DNA of 64,000 nucleotides from an uncultured Candidatus Peribacteria bacterium (GCA_964460365.1 CAYWPL010000002.1:90349-154348), one strand, 5' to 3'; shown: positions 52,305-60,776, counted from the first letter of the stretch. Numbers and translations are program-made. Notes: generated by a model from the letters alone, not told the origin.

Positions 52305-54851
52305 TCAAGATTTCCCCTGGATCGCGCCCTGGAGGATGATGCGCGGAATTTCGCCGCCCTCGATTTCCCGCTCAATCATCTGGTGGCCGTTGTAGAAATA
52401 GACCTTGATCGTGCGATAATTCGCATTGGGCGTCGTGTCCCGGACGTTCAGCACGCCGTTGACGAACGTCAGGCCGAAGCCGTTCTGTATGACCTCAGCG
52501 GCGCCGACTGCGCCGGCTGGGGCTTCCGTGTAGGGGGGTCTTCCGGCAAGGCGGGTGAGGCTGACGAACGTGGGATGGCCCTGGTTCGCCATGACCTCCA
52601 GCGGATTGACCGTGAACATCGGGCGCAACACGCTTTCGCGTGCGCGGAGCGAGTTCCCCGGCGTGACCGTGATGTTCTTCACCTCCACGTTCACGTCGAT
52701 GGTGTTGCCGGTCGTGCCGGCACCGCCACGGAATTTCAGCGGGATCATGCACTCAAGGTCGTTGGTGCTAGCCACCGTCACGTTGCCGTCGGCGTCGCGC
52801 ACGATGGTCACGCCGTCGCGGGTGAACGTCTCTCCCACGGCGATGGGCTGATCGTTGTACTCGACGACGGTCGCGCGGCGGCGTTCGGCGGACATGCCGC
52901 GCGGGCCGATCTCGACGCGGCGGCGGTGTCCGGTGTACATGGGCTCGGGCTGATTCACTTCGATCGTCTCCGGTGCGCGCGTCACTTCGATCGTGCGCAT
53001 GATGCGCTGGTTGCCGTGGTAGAAGTACACGTTGACCGTTTCGGCCTTGTCTCCGCGGGCCGTCAGGATGCCGTTCTCGTAGCTCAGGCGGATGTTATTG
53101 CTAGGCGTCGTTACCGGTGCGGCGCCGATGGGGCCGGGAATGGCGGCCGGATCGTACGGCGTGGTGGCGTTCAGGCGATTGACGGAGCTGAGGCTGACGA
53201 TGGTGCTACCGCCTTCCGTGAGGGGATTGACGCTGATGGTGCGGCTCTCGCCCTCCGGCATCGTCACGTTGGGCGTGGCACCGATGGCGAGGATCCGGGC
53301 CTGACGCTCGATGGGAGCCTGGCCAGTGCGGGTGAATCGGATCGGCACAGTGACGGCTTCATCATTGATGCTATCGGCGGTGATGCGGTAGGCATTCCCT
53401 GCCAGCACGCGCCGGAACCGCACGCCGTTTACGCGCGTGGGGACGGCGAGGGCATCGCCAAGCACAACGTTCGTGTCCCCGATGGTGATGGTGGTGTTCG
53501 CGAGAGCCTCAGTCTCAGATTCGTCGCTGCCGGTGCCCGTCACCGAAACGTCAAAATTCATACTTCGGCCGGTGTAGACCGCATCCGGCTGGTTCACTTC
53601 GATGTTGCGTGTCACCTCGCGCGCGGCTTCAAACGTGAAGATCAGGTTGTTGAGCCCGTCGCTGCTGCGCGAGACGGTCGCAACGCTGTTGATGCCGCCT
53701 TCGGTGAATGTCGAGCCGCCGCGGGTCAGGCGCAGGCGGGTGCTGCTGGTATTGAGGTTCCGGGCGACGCTCTGAGGGATGCGGTAATACTTCACGCCGC
53801 CGCTGACGAGAATCGGCGTGCCGACTTCTTCGTTGATTTCTCCTCTGGCCCGCGAGAATTCGGCGGTGGTATCCGCATCCACGCGAAGCAATTTATAGAC
53901 CTGTGCCTCCCCGATCGTGTCGAACGGGCGGCTGTACATGTCGAGACTGATGGTCTGGAGCTTCGCGGCGTCATCGCGCGCCTGCATCTGCGCGGCGAGG
54001 GTTGCTTTGCGCGCCTGGAGCATCCGCTGGTCCAGCGTTTCCTGGCCGTCGCGCGGCGAGCCGTTCGGCGCGCGGACGCCCGCGTCGATTTCCAGCTGAC
54101 GGATGAGGCGTTCACAGGCGAGATAGTGGCGCTCGAGTTGTACGACATTCCAGTAGACACGCGACACGCGCTCGGACCCGTAGGGCACGCCGCCCGTCGC
54201 GCTGTAGCGGTTGATCGCGTCATAGCGGTAGGTGTTCGCCGTCTTGCTGAACGCCTCGCCTCCGCGCCGGGCCCAGCGGGCGTATGTCGGACTGTACTCC
54301 AGATAGTTCTGTTCGGGAGACACCGCGATGCCGTTGTTCTGGACGACGATGGCATTCCGGTAAAAGAGCTCGGCGTTCACGGCGTAAGGCTGCCACTGCG
54401 CACCCGATCTGTTGGTCTGTAGCGAAAGGAACCGGCCGTCAGTTGTCCGGGCGAAGAGGAAATTGGGAAACTGGTCCACGCGGAAGCGCAACTGCTGCTC
54501 GCGGGGCTCCCGCATCAGATCAGTTGTTACCTGTCCGATGGTGCGGCTGTCCGCGGCCGCGTCGAGCGGAGCCCGGATGGTGCCGATGGTGTCGCGTCCG
54601 CGTTTCTTGCCGATCTGGCCGAGCGTCGTCAGGAGCGCCGTCGCCCGGGTCTGGTATTCCCGGACGCGATCCTGGACGGTGTCGTATGCGTACTGGTTCT
54701 TCGTCACTTCATCGCCCTCGACGGATTCGCGCATGAACAGATTGTTGATGTGATTCAGATTCGAACTTGGTGCCTGCTGGTACGCCAGACGCCGCTCGCC
54801 GTGAGAGACGGAGGAGCGGGGGAAGAGCCGGGGGAGAGAGGTGTGTGTCAT
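52305..54851 (-). CDS. 848-aa hypothetical repeat protein without signal peptide, operon B gene 2
   Basis: The long ORF has native codon bias and Asn/Thr/Tyr/Ile-rich composition, whereas the 728-aa antisense ORF is Arg/Ala/Gly/His-rich. Two tandem ~200-aa repeats each start IEVNQP..YTG and end ..VYFY.G.Q.I.R.IE. No family recognised. Confidence 0.85.
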   Translation of the reverse strand: MTHTSLPRLFPRSSVSHGERRLAYQQAPSSNLNHINNLFMRESVEGDEVTKNQYAYDTVQDRVREYQTRATALLTTLGQIGKKRGRDTIGTIRAPLDAAADSRTIGQVTTDLMREPREQQLRFRVDQFPNFLFARTTDGRFLSLQTNRSGAQWQPYAVNAELFYRNAIVVQNNGIAVSPEQNYLEYSPTYARWARRGGEAFSKTANTYRYDAINRYSATGGVPYGSERVSRVYWNVVQLERHYLACERLIRQLEIDAGVRAPNGSPRDGQETLDQRMLQARKATLAAQMQARDDAAKLQTISLDMYSRPFDTIGEAQVYKLLRVDADTTAEFSRARGEINEEVGTPILVSGGVKYYRIPQSVARNLNTSSTRLRLTRGGSTFTEGGINSVATVSRSSDGLNNLIFTFEAAREVTRNIEVNQPDAVYTGRSMNFDVSVTGTGSDESETEALANTTITIGDTNVVLGDALAVPTRVNGVRFRRVLAGNAYRITADSINDEAVTVPIRFTRTGQAPIERQARILAIGATPNVTMPEGESRTISVNPLTEGGSTIVSLSSVNRLNATTPYDPAAIPGPIGAAPVTTPSNNIRLSYENGILTARGDKAETVNVYFYHGNQRIMRTIEVTRAPETIEVNQPEPMYTGHRRRVEIGPRGMSAERRRATVVEYNDQPIAVGETFTRDGVTIVRDADGNVTVASTNDLECMIPLKFRGGAGTTGNTIDVNVEVKNITVTPGNSLRARESVLRPMFTVNPLEVMANQGHPTFVSLTRLAGRPPYTEAPAGAVGAAEVIQNGFGLTFVNGVLNVRDTTPNANYRTIKVYFYNGHQMIEREIEGGEIPRIILQGAIQGKS

Positions 54852-54878
54852 GTGTGTTTGTGGAAGGCGGAGGAAGGA

Positions 54879-55193
54879 TCAGGCGGGAACGTTGGAAGCA
54901 TCATCATCCAAAATGTGTTCGGCGCCAGCGCGCTCGTCGGCTTCGACTTCGCCGTGAATCTTCGGCAGTTCCGTGCGGCGGAAGGCGGTGATTTCCTTCA
55001 TGCCTTCATCGACGCTGGCGAGAATTGCTCTGCTCTCCGTCAGAATCTCGCCGTGCTCCTTCTGGAGTTCGGCCATCGCCTCGGCGCGACGCTTGTCGGA
55101 AAGCTTCGGCGCGAGTGCGACGAGCTGCTCGATCATCACTGGGGGCAGGCCGGTCAGCGTGCGCACGGCGGCGATGAAGTCTTCGGCGGTCAT
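54879..55193 (-). CDS. Small acidic helical hypothetical protein, operon B gene 1
   Basis: 104 aa with no signal peptide: MTAEDFIAAVRTLTGLPPVMIEQLVALAPKLSDKRRAEAMAELQKEHGE... Acidic C-terminus. 27 nt upstream of the 848-aa gene. Confidence 0.65.
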   Translation of the reverse strand: MTAEDFIAAVRTLTGLPPVMIEQLVALAPKLSDKRRAEAMAELQKEHGEILTESRAILASVDEGMKEITAFRRTELPKIHGEVEADERAGAEHILDDDASNVPA

Positions 55194-55306
55194 AGCGAGA
55201 GGAGGGAAATCCGCTCAGTATACCAGATACATCGTCTCTTTTAAAGCAGTTTTCCGCGTCCCGGGGCATGGCGGGTTTCGGCTCCAGCCGCTATCCTCGG
55301 CTTCAC

Positions 55307-56407
55307 ATGGCCAAGGATTTCTATCAACAGCTCGGGCTCGGACGGGACGCCTCCCCGGACGATATCAAAAAGGCGTACCGCAAACTGAGCAAAGAGCTCC
55401 ATCCCGATAAACATAAGGGTGATAAGGCCGCGGAAACGCGCTTCAAAGAGGTCAACGAAGCCTACGAGACCCTCGCCAGCCCCGAGAAAAAGCGCATGTA
55501 CGACCAGTTCGGCTCGGCGTCGGGTCCGGGCGGGGGCGGCGCGGGATTCGGCGGGTTCGGCGGAGGCGCGGGAGGCTTTGATTTTTCGTCGTTCAGCGGT
55601 ACCGAGGGCATGAACTTCAGCGATTTGTTCGAGGGATTTTTCGGCGGGCAGGCAGGCCGCGGACGCGGGGGCCGCCCGGAACGCGGTGACGATCATCAGG
55701 TGCAGCTCGCCATTCCGTTTTCCGAGGTGGTGACGGGAGGCGCCAAGACCATCCGCATCCGGCGCCTCGGGACGTGCGACCGTTGCGGCGGCGACGGAGC
55801 GGAACCGGGTTCCAAACAGATCACATGCATCGAGTGCGGCGGCACGGGACAGGTAACACGCACCGCGCAGTCGCTCTTTGGGACGATGCGGCAGCGCATG
55901 GTGTGTCCCAAGTGCAAAGGTTCCGGCAAGGTGCCCGAAAAAACGTGTTCCCGCTGCGACGGAGAGGGCAGGCGCGCCACGGACGCCGAGGTGAAATTCG
56001 AGGTGCCCGCCGGCATCGAAGACGGCCAGACGCTGCGCGTGCGCGGCGAAGGCGACGCAGGCCCGCGCGGGACGACTGCGGGGGACCTCTACGTGCGCAT
56101 TGTCGTGACGCACGACGATAGATTCGAGCGCGACGGTCCGGATATCCGCACGACGCTTCCGATTCACGTCGTCGATGTCGTGCTCGGCACCGAGGCAGAG
56201 GTCGAAACGGTGCGCGGTCCCGTGAAGCTCCGCATCCCCGCCGGTACGCAGCCGGGCCAGGTTTTTCGTCTCAAGGACAAAGGCCTGCCGGTCCTTGGTA
56301 CGGGCCGCACAGGTGATCACTTCGTCACGGTGCAGGTCGACGTCCCGTCCAAGCTTTCACGCGAAGAGAAGAAACTGATGGACGAGTGGAAGAAGCTGCA
56401 GAAGTGA
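55307..56407 (+). CDS. dnaJ: Chaperone DnaJ
   Basis: ORF from 55268; ATG 55307 gives MAKDFYQQLGLGRDASPDDIKKAYRKLSKELHPDKH (J domain, HPD). G/F region. Four CxxCxGxG zinc-finger repeats. Confidence 0.95.
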   Translation: MAKDFYQQLGLGRDASPDDIKKAYRKLSKELHPDKHKGDKAAETRFKEVNEAYETLASPEKKRMYDQFGSASGPGGGGAGFGGFGGGAGGFDFSSFSGTEGMNFSDLFEGFFGGQAGRGRGGRPERGDDHQVQLAIPFSEVVTGGAKTIRIRRLGTCDRCGGDGAEPGSKQITCIECGGTGQVTRTAQSLFGTMRQRMVCPKCKGSGKVPEKTCSRCDGEGRRATDAEVKFEVPAGIEDGQTLRVRGEGDAGPRGTTAGDLYVRIVVTHDDRFERDGPDIRTTLPIHVVDVVLGTEAEVETVRGPVKLRIPAGTQPGQVFRLKDKGLPVLGTGRTGDHFVTVQVDVPSKLSREEKKLMDEWKKLQK

Positions 56408-56417
56408 TCATAAAAAG

Positions 56418-56456
56418 CCCTTCGTTACGAAACTGCTTCGCAGTTTCTACTCAGGG
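56418..56456 (+). repeat. Structured 3'-UTR element, copy 1 (after dnaJ)
   Basis: ccct-t-CGTTACGAAA-CTGC-ttc-GCAG-TTTCTACTC-aggg, starting 11 nt after the dnaJ stop. Confidence 0.7.
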
Positions 56457-56509
56457 TGACGATGATTGATAGCGGGCAACAGGGCTTTCTTGCTACAAAA
56501 AATATGTCA

Positions 56510-56550
56510 TCCCGAGTAGAAATCCGTGGAACGGATTTCGTAACGAGGGA
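56510..56550 (-). repeat. Structured 3'-UTR element, copy 2 (after jag, opposite strand)
   Basis: The reverse complement reads tccct-CGTTACGAAA-TCCG-ttcca-CGGA-TTTCTACTC-ggga. The flanks match copy 1 and the inner 4 bp of the stem covary. Confidence 0.7.
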
Positions 56551-56555
56551 CCGTA

Positions 56556-57098
56556 TCAGACATCCAGGTTCTCCAGTCCGTCATCCTTGGAGAAGACCGG
56601 CGAAAGCTCTTCGCTGCCACCGCCTTCTTTCTCTTCTTTCAGACGCATGACGATCTGGCGATACTCGCCCTCTCCCGCGCTCTCGGTCGTCAGGTCCTGC
56701 AGGGCGGGCGTGTTGGCGACGTAGAGGTGCACCACGCGGCGGAAGTACGGCGACATGGGCGCGAGCGCAATGCGGTTGCCCGTGCGGCGCACGAAGTCGG
56801 CCTTCTGGTCGGCGATGCGGCAGACTTTGTCCTCCTGGGTGCGGCGGTAACCGTCGATATCCACCACGATGAACGGGCTCCGGTCGAGCTTCTCCTGCGT
56901 GCGGACGATGGATTTTACGAGGTGCTGGATGGCGTTGAGCGTTTCGCCGTGCCAGCCGATGATGCGGCTCGGTTCGGGCGAGGCGATGTCCACCCGCGTG
57001 ATGCCGCCCTGCTCCTCCGTGACCGTCACGGCCGCGAAGGGGAGAGACAGGTGCTTGAGGATGTCGCCGAGGGAGTCCTTGATCAATTGCGCGTTCAT
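56556..57098 (-). CDS. jag: Jag-like RNA-binding protein (KH + R3H domains)
   Basis: ORF to 57134; ATG 57098 gives MNAQLIKDSLGDIL. IIGWHGETLNAIQHLV (KH) and MSPYFRRVVHLYV (R3H). Confidence 0.8.
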   Translation of the reverse strand: MNAQLIKDSLGDILKHLSLPFAAVTVTEEQGGITRVDIASPEPSRIIGWHGETLNAIQHLVKSIVRTQEKLDRSPFIVVDIDGYRRTQEDKVCRIADQKADFVRRTGNRIALAPMSPYFRRVVHLYVANTPALQDLTTESAGEGEYRQIVMRLKEEKEGGGSEELSPVFSKDDGLENLDV

Positions 57099-57138
57099 GC
57101 CGGGGGAGGATAGCAACAAAACGCGGAGGCACAAAGGC

Positions 57139-57168
57139 GCAAAAAAGGCCTCCGGGTTACGGAGGCCT
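57139..57168 (-). terminator. Intrinsic terminator of hup
   Basis: Minus strand reads AGGCCUCCG-UAACC-CGGAGGCCU followed by UUUUUUGCGCC, starting about 23 nt after the hup stop. Confidence 0.8.
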
Positions 57169-57190
57169 CTTGAATTTCTCGTGTAGGCGA

Positions 57191-57466
57191 TCAGCGGACG
57201 GCGTCCTTGAGGGTCTTGCCGGCCTTGAACGACGGGACCTTCATCGCGGGGATGGAGATCTTCTGCGTCGGGTTGCGCGGGTTGACGCCCATGCGCGCCG
57301 CGCGGTGGCTGAGCTTGAAGGTGCCGAAGCCCGTGATCGTGACAGGCTGTCCCTTCTTCAGGTTCTTCACGACGATGTTGATGACGGCCTGGAGGGCGTC
57401 AGCAGCAGCGCGCTTGGTGATTCCGGCGGCATCCGCGATGGCCGCGATCAGATCCTGCTTGGACAT
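57191..57466 (-). CDS. hup: HU-family DNA-binding protein
   Basis: 91 aa. MSKQDLIAAIADAAGITKRAAADALQAV...ITGFGTFKLSHRAARMGVNPRNPTQKISIPAMKVPSFKAGKTLKDAV. Confidence 0.95.
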   Translation of the reverse strand: MSKQDLIAAIADAAGITKRAAADALQAVINIVVKNLKKGQPVTITGFGTFKLSHRAARMGVNPRNPTQKISIPAMKVPSFKAGKTLKDAVR

Positions 57467-57792
57467 AGAGGGGATAGGGGGAATAAATAGACTGCAACCC
57501 GAAGTCTACGCGCAGATTTTCCGCATACGCAAGCCATGGGGGTCGACTTTTTGGCTTGCCCAAGGGGCGCAGGCATGACAATGGCTTTTCTAAGCCAAGA
57601 GACATGAATACCAAAAATGAACGTCAAATGCTCCCGACACGCGAAATTCTGCTACATGAAGACAAAAAAACGACCAGTCAATCTTTACTCACACGTTCTT
57701 GGCCCCCTTCTTCGGACTGGTCCAGCCCATCCGCAGCATCGTCTCCGCGGCTTCGGCGTGCCGCTCAGGAACCATTCACGGCGTCCATCTCT

Positions 57793-57822
57793 TTGACACA
57801 CCGCCCGCCTCCTCTCTACGCT
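57793..57822 (+). promoter_or_regulatory. Sigma-70-like promoter candidate for topA
   Basis: TTGACA (57793-57798), an 18-nt spacer, then TACGCT (57817-57822), about 50 nt before the GTG at 57874. Confidence 0.35.
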
Positions 57823-57873
57823 GCCGCTTCGATACACACGCGTTCCTCCTTACTCTCTTTTTCTCGTTCGTCC

Positions 57874-60222
57874 GTGCCCAAGCACCTCGTCATCGTGGAG
57901 AGCCCGGCAAAGGCCAAGACCATCAAGCGCTTCCTGGGGAAGGATTATGATGTGGAAGCGAGCATGGGACACGTCCGTGATCTGCCCAGCTCCACCATCG
58001 CCGTCGATGTCGATGGCGACTTCGAGCCGGAGTACGAGGTACCCAAAGAAAAGCAGACCGTCGTCAAAAAACTGAAGGCTGCGCTCAAAGAGGCTGATGA
58101 TCTGTGGATCGCGACTGATGAAGACCGCGAAGGGGAGGCGATCGGCTGGCATCTGTGCCAAGTGTTGAAAGAAGATCCGAAAATCGTGAAGCGCATCGCG
58201 TTCCACGAAATCACCGAGACCGCGATCAAGGCCGCGATCCAGAGCCCGCGCGTCCTCGATATGAAGCTCGTCGACGCGCAGCAGGCCCGCCGTGTGCTCG
58301 ACCGTCTCGTGGGCTACACGCTCTCACCGTTCCTCTGGAAAAAAGTTTACCGCGGCCTCTCCGCCGGACGCGTGCAGTCCGTCGCCGTCAAAATTATCGT
58401 CGATCGCGAGCGCGAGATCAAAGCGTTCAAGCCGGTCGAATACTGGACGATGGACGCGGTGCTGGAGACCGGCGAGAAATCCGCCTTCACGGCGTCGCTG
58501 TCGAAGAAAGACAGCAAGAAGATCGAACTGACCTCGGAATCCGATGTGAAGAACGTCCTCAAGGATCTGGAAGGCGCGTCGTACAACGTCGCGTCCATCG
58601 ACGAGAAAGAACTCCAGCGCACGCCGCCGGCGCCATTCACCACCTCGACGCTCCAACAGGAGGGCGCCCGAAAACTCGGCTTCTCCGTACGTCAGACGAT
58701 GGCTGTCGCGCAGCAGTTGTACGAAGGCGTCAGTCTCGGCCGCGGCGAGGGCATGATGGGTCTTATCACCTACATGCGCACCGATTCCGTGAATCTCAGT
58801 CAGAAGGCGCTCGACGACTGCAGGGCGACGGTCGAGAAGCTCTATGGCCGCGAGTACGTTTTGGCCACGCCACGCACCTACAAGACGAAGAGCAAGGGCG
58901 CGCAGGAGGCACATGAGGCCATTCGTCCCACCGAGGTGGAGCGCACACCCGCCTCGCTCGCCGGCGTTCTCGATCATCAGCAGCTCAAGCTCTACACGCT
59001 CATCTGGAACCGCACTGTCGCCACGCAGATGGCCGCCGCGGAACTCAAGCGCGTCGGTGCCGACATCCAGGCTGCGGACTACACGTTCCGTGCCACGGGG
59101 CAGACCATCGTCTTCGACGGCTTTCTTCGGGCTTATCAAGAGGGCCGCGACGAGGGCGATGAGAAGAAAGAGGACGACGTCGAGCCGGGCGAGAAGCTCC
59201 TGCCCCCGCTGCACGAGGGCGACGTCCTCGATCTGACCGAGCCGCTCAAGACCGAACAGCATTTCACCAAGCCGCCCCCCCGCTACACGGAAGCGAGCCT
59301 CGTCAAAAAGATGGAAGAGGCAGGCATCGGCCGCCCGAGCACCTATGCGCCGACCATCTCCACCATCCAGGCGCGCGGCTACATCGTCAAAGAGGGCAAA
59401 CAGCTTGTGCCGCAGGATATTGCCTTCATGGTCACCGACCTCCTCACAGAGCATTTCTCCGACATCGTCGACCTCGCCTTTACCGCGCATATGGAAAAGT
59501 CGCTCGATGACATCGCGGACGGCGAGACGACGAGCCTGAAGTTCCTCCGTGCGTTCTTCAAGCCGTTCCAGGCGCGCGTCGTGGAGAAGACCATCGAGAT
59601 CCAGAAAAAAGACATCCTGAAAGAACACATCCTCGGCACCGATCCCACCACCGGCCTCGAGGTTGTCGCGCGCACGGGACGCTTCGGCCCCTATGTGCAG
59701 CTCGGCCGCCCCGAGAGTCTTCCGGAGAAGAAAAAGGGCGAGAAGAAGATCAAGCTGAAGAGCGCGTCGCTGCCTAAGAACATGTCCCCGGATGATGTGA
59801 CGTTCGACTACGCGATGGCGCTGCTGAGCTTCCCGCGCGAGGTGGGCTTAAGCGAGGGCAGCATGATCACCGTGTCGCTGGGACGCTTCGGTCCGTACAT
59901 CAAATGGGGGGAGCTGTCGGTGAGCCTCCCGATGGAGAAGAACCCCGTGCATGTCACGCTGGACGAATGCGTCGAACTCATCAAGGTCGCCGCGGAGCGC
60001 AAGAAGAAAGCCGCCGAACCGCTCCGGGTGCTCGGCCAGAACCCCGAGGGCGCGACGGTTGCCATCAAGGACGGACGCTTCGGCCCGTACATCACGGACG
60101 GCACGACCAACGTGTCGCTCGGCAAGAAGCGCGATCCGCAGACGACCACGCTGGAAGAGGCTATGGACATGCTGGCCAAGAAAAAAGAGCGTGGTCCGAG
60201 CAAGTGGCGAAAGAGGGGCTGA
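57874..60222 (+). CDS. topA: DNA topoisomerase I (no zinc ribbons; three GRFGPY C-terminal repeats)
   Basis: The ORF opens at 57556, but the first 106 codons are Ser/Pro/Arg-rich and cross an AT-rich stretch. GTG 57874 gives (M)PKHLVIVESPAKAKTIKRFLG (Toprim). Active-site region ITYMRTDS. C-terminal repeats GRFGPYVQLG, GRFGPYIKWG, GRFGPYITDG with no Cys clusters. Confidence 0.9.
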   Translation: MPKHLVIVESPAKAKTIKRFLGKDYDVEASMGHVRDLPSSTIAVDVDGDFEPEYEVPKEKQTVVKKLKAALKEADDLWIATDEDREGEAIGWHLCQVLKEDPKIVKRIAFHEITETAIKAAIQSPRVLDMKLVDAQQARRVLDRLVGYTLSPFLWKKVYRGLSAGRVQSVAVKIIVDREREIKAFKPVEYWTMDAVLETGEKSAFTASLSKKDSKKIELTSESDVKNVLKDLEGASYNVASIDEKELQRTPPAPFTTSTLQQEGARKLGFSVRQTMAVAQQLYEGVSLGRGEGMMGLITYMRTDSVNLSQKALDDCRATVEKLYGREYVLATPRTYKTKSKGAQEAHEAIRPTEVERTPASLAGVLDHQQLKLYTLIWNRTVATQMAAAELKRVGADIQAADYTFRATGQTIVFDGFLRAYQEGRDEGDEKKEDDVEPGEKLLPPLHEGDVLDLTEPLKTEQHFTKPPPRYTEASLVKKMEEAGIGRPSTYAPTISTIQARGYIVKEGKQLVPQDIAFMVTDLLTEHFSDIVDLAFTAHMEKSLDDIADGETTSLKFLRAFFKPFQARVVEKTIEIQKKDILKEHILGTDPTTGLEVVARTGRFGPYVQLGRPESLPEKKKGEKKIKLKSASLPKNMSPDDVTFDYAMALLSFPREVGLSEGSMITVSLGRFGPYIKWGELSVSLPMEKNPVHVTLDECVELIKVAAERKKKAAEPLRVLGQNPEGATVAIKDGRFGPYITDGTTNVSLGKKRDPQTTTLEEAMDMLAKKKERGPSKWRKRG

Positions 60223-60515
60223 GACGATTAGGCGCCGGTACGTTATTCAGGGCGGCTTGCAGGCGGATAGCCGCCATCGCCGTGACGTTCTGGACGGTGG
60301 AGTGCAGCGGCAGCAACTCCCCCTCCGCCGCCGCCATCGCGCGCAGTGTCCCCGCCACGGCGCGATCCGTGCGCCTGCGAATGCCGTCCTCCAGCATGCC
60401 CGCAGTCACCGTCTCCGTCTGCCGCTTGACCGACATTGTCCGCGATGGTGTTGCCGTCGAGGCGGACCTGCTCTGCGACAACACGGAAGATGTAGTTTCT
60501 GTTTGGTGTGTCCAT
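60161..60515 (-). pseudogene. Possible frameshifted small gene downstream of topA
   Basis: Two overlapping minus-strand ORFs each look coding only in part. MDTPNRNYIFRVVAEQVRLDGNTIADNV (frame of 60243-60515) continues best in the frame of 60161-60484 (KRQTETVTAGMLEDGIRRRTDRAVAGTLRAMAAAEGELLPLHSTVQNVTAMAAIRLQAALN). The tail overlaps the topA 3' end. No family recognised. Confidence 0.3.
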
Positions 60516-60607
60516 AATGAATATTATAACACAAAAATGATTATATGTCTGTGTGGCTGAGGATGGCTGTTTATCGGTATCTATCCGAGGTAAAATAGAG
60601 AACGTCT

Positions 60608-60625
60608 AGGCGCGTAGCTCAGTTG
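60608..60625 (+). other. Orphan copy of the first 18 nt of tRNA-Trp
   Basis: aggcgcgtagctcagttg is identical to 60701-60718. The rest of a tRNA does not follow it. Confidence 0.85.
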
Positions 60626-60700
60626 CCTAGCTCTGCGAAGCAGGGCGTCAGAAAATAATGAGCTCGATCCTTCTTCTTTCTTTTATCGCCGTCAGTCCGT

Positions 60701-60776
60701 AGGCGCGTAGCTCAGTTGGTAGAGCACAGGTCTCCAAAACCTGGGGTCGCAGGTTCGATCCCTGCCGCGCCTGCCA
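60701..60776 (+). tRNA. tRNA-Trp (anticodon CCA), CCA encoded
   Basis: Manual cloverleaf: acceptor aggcgcg/cgcgcct; D arm gctc-agttggta-gagc; anticodon arm caggt-CTCCAAA-acctg; variable gggtc; T arm gcagg-ttcgatc-cctgc; discriminator G; then CCA. Confidence 0.92.

Noticed and set aside
52236-54422. 728-aa plus-strand ORF overlapping the 848-aa gene
   Set aside because: Arg/Ala/Gly/His/Asp-rich shadow composition. The minus-strand frame has native codon bias, balanced composition and internal protein repeats.
57556-57873. 106-codon N-terminal extension of topA
   Set aside because: Non-coding-like composition. It contains an AT-rich stretch and a good promoter. The Toprim motif starts immediately after GTG 57874.
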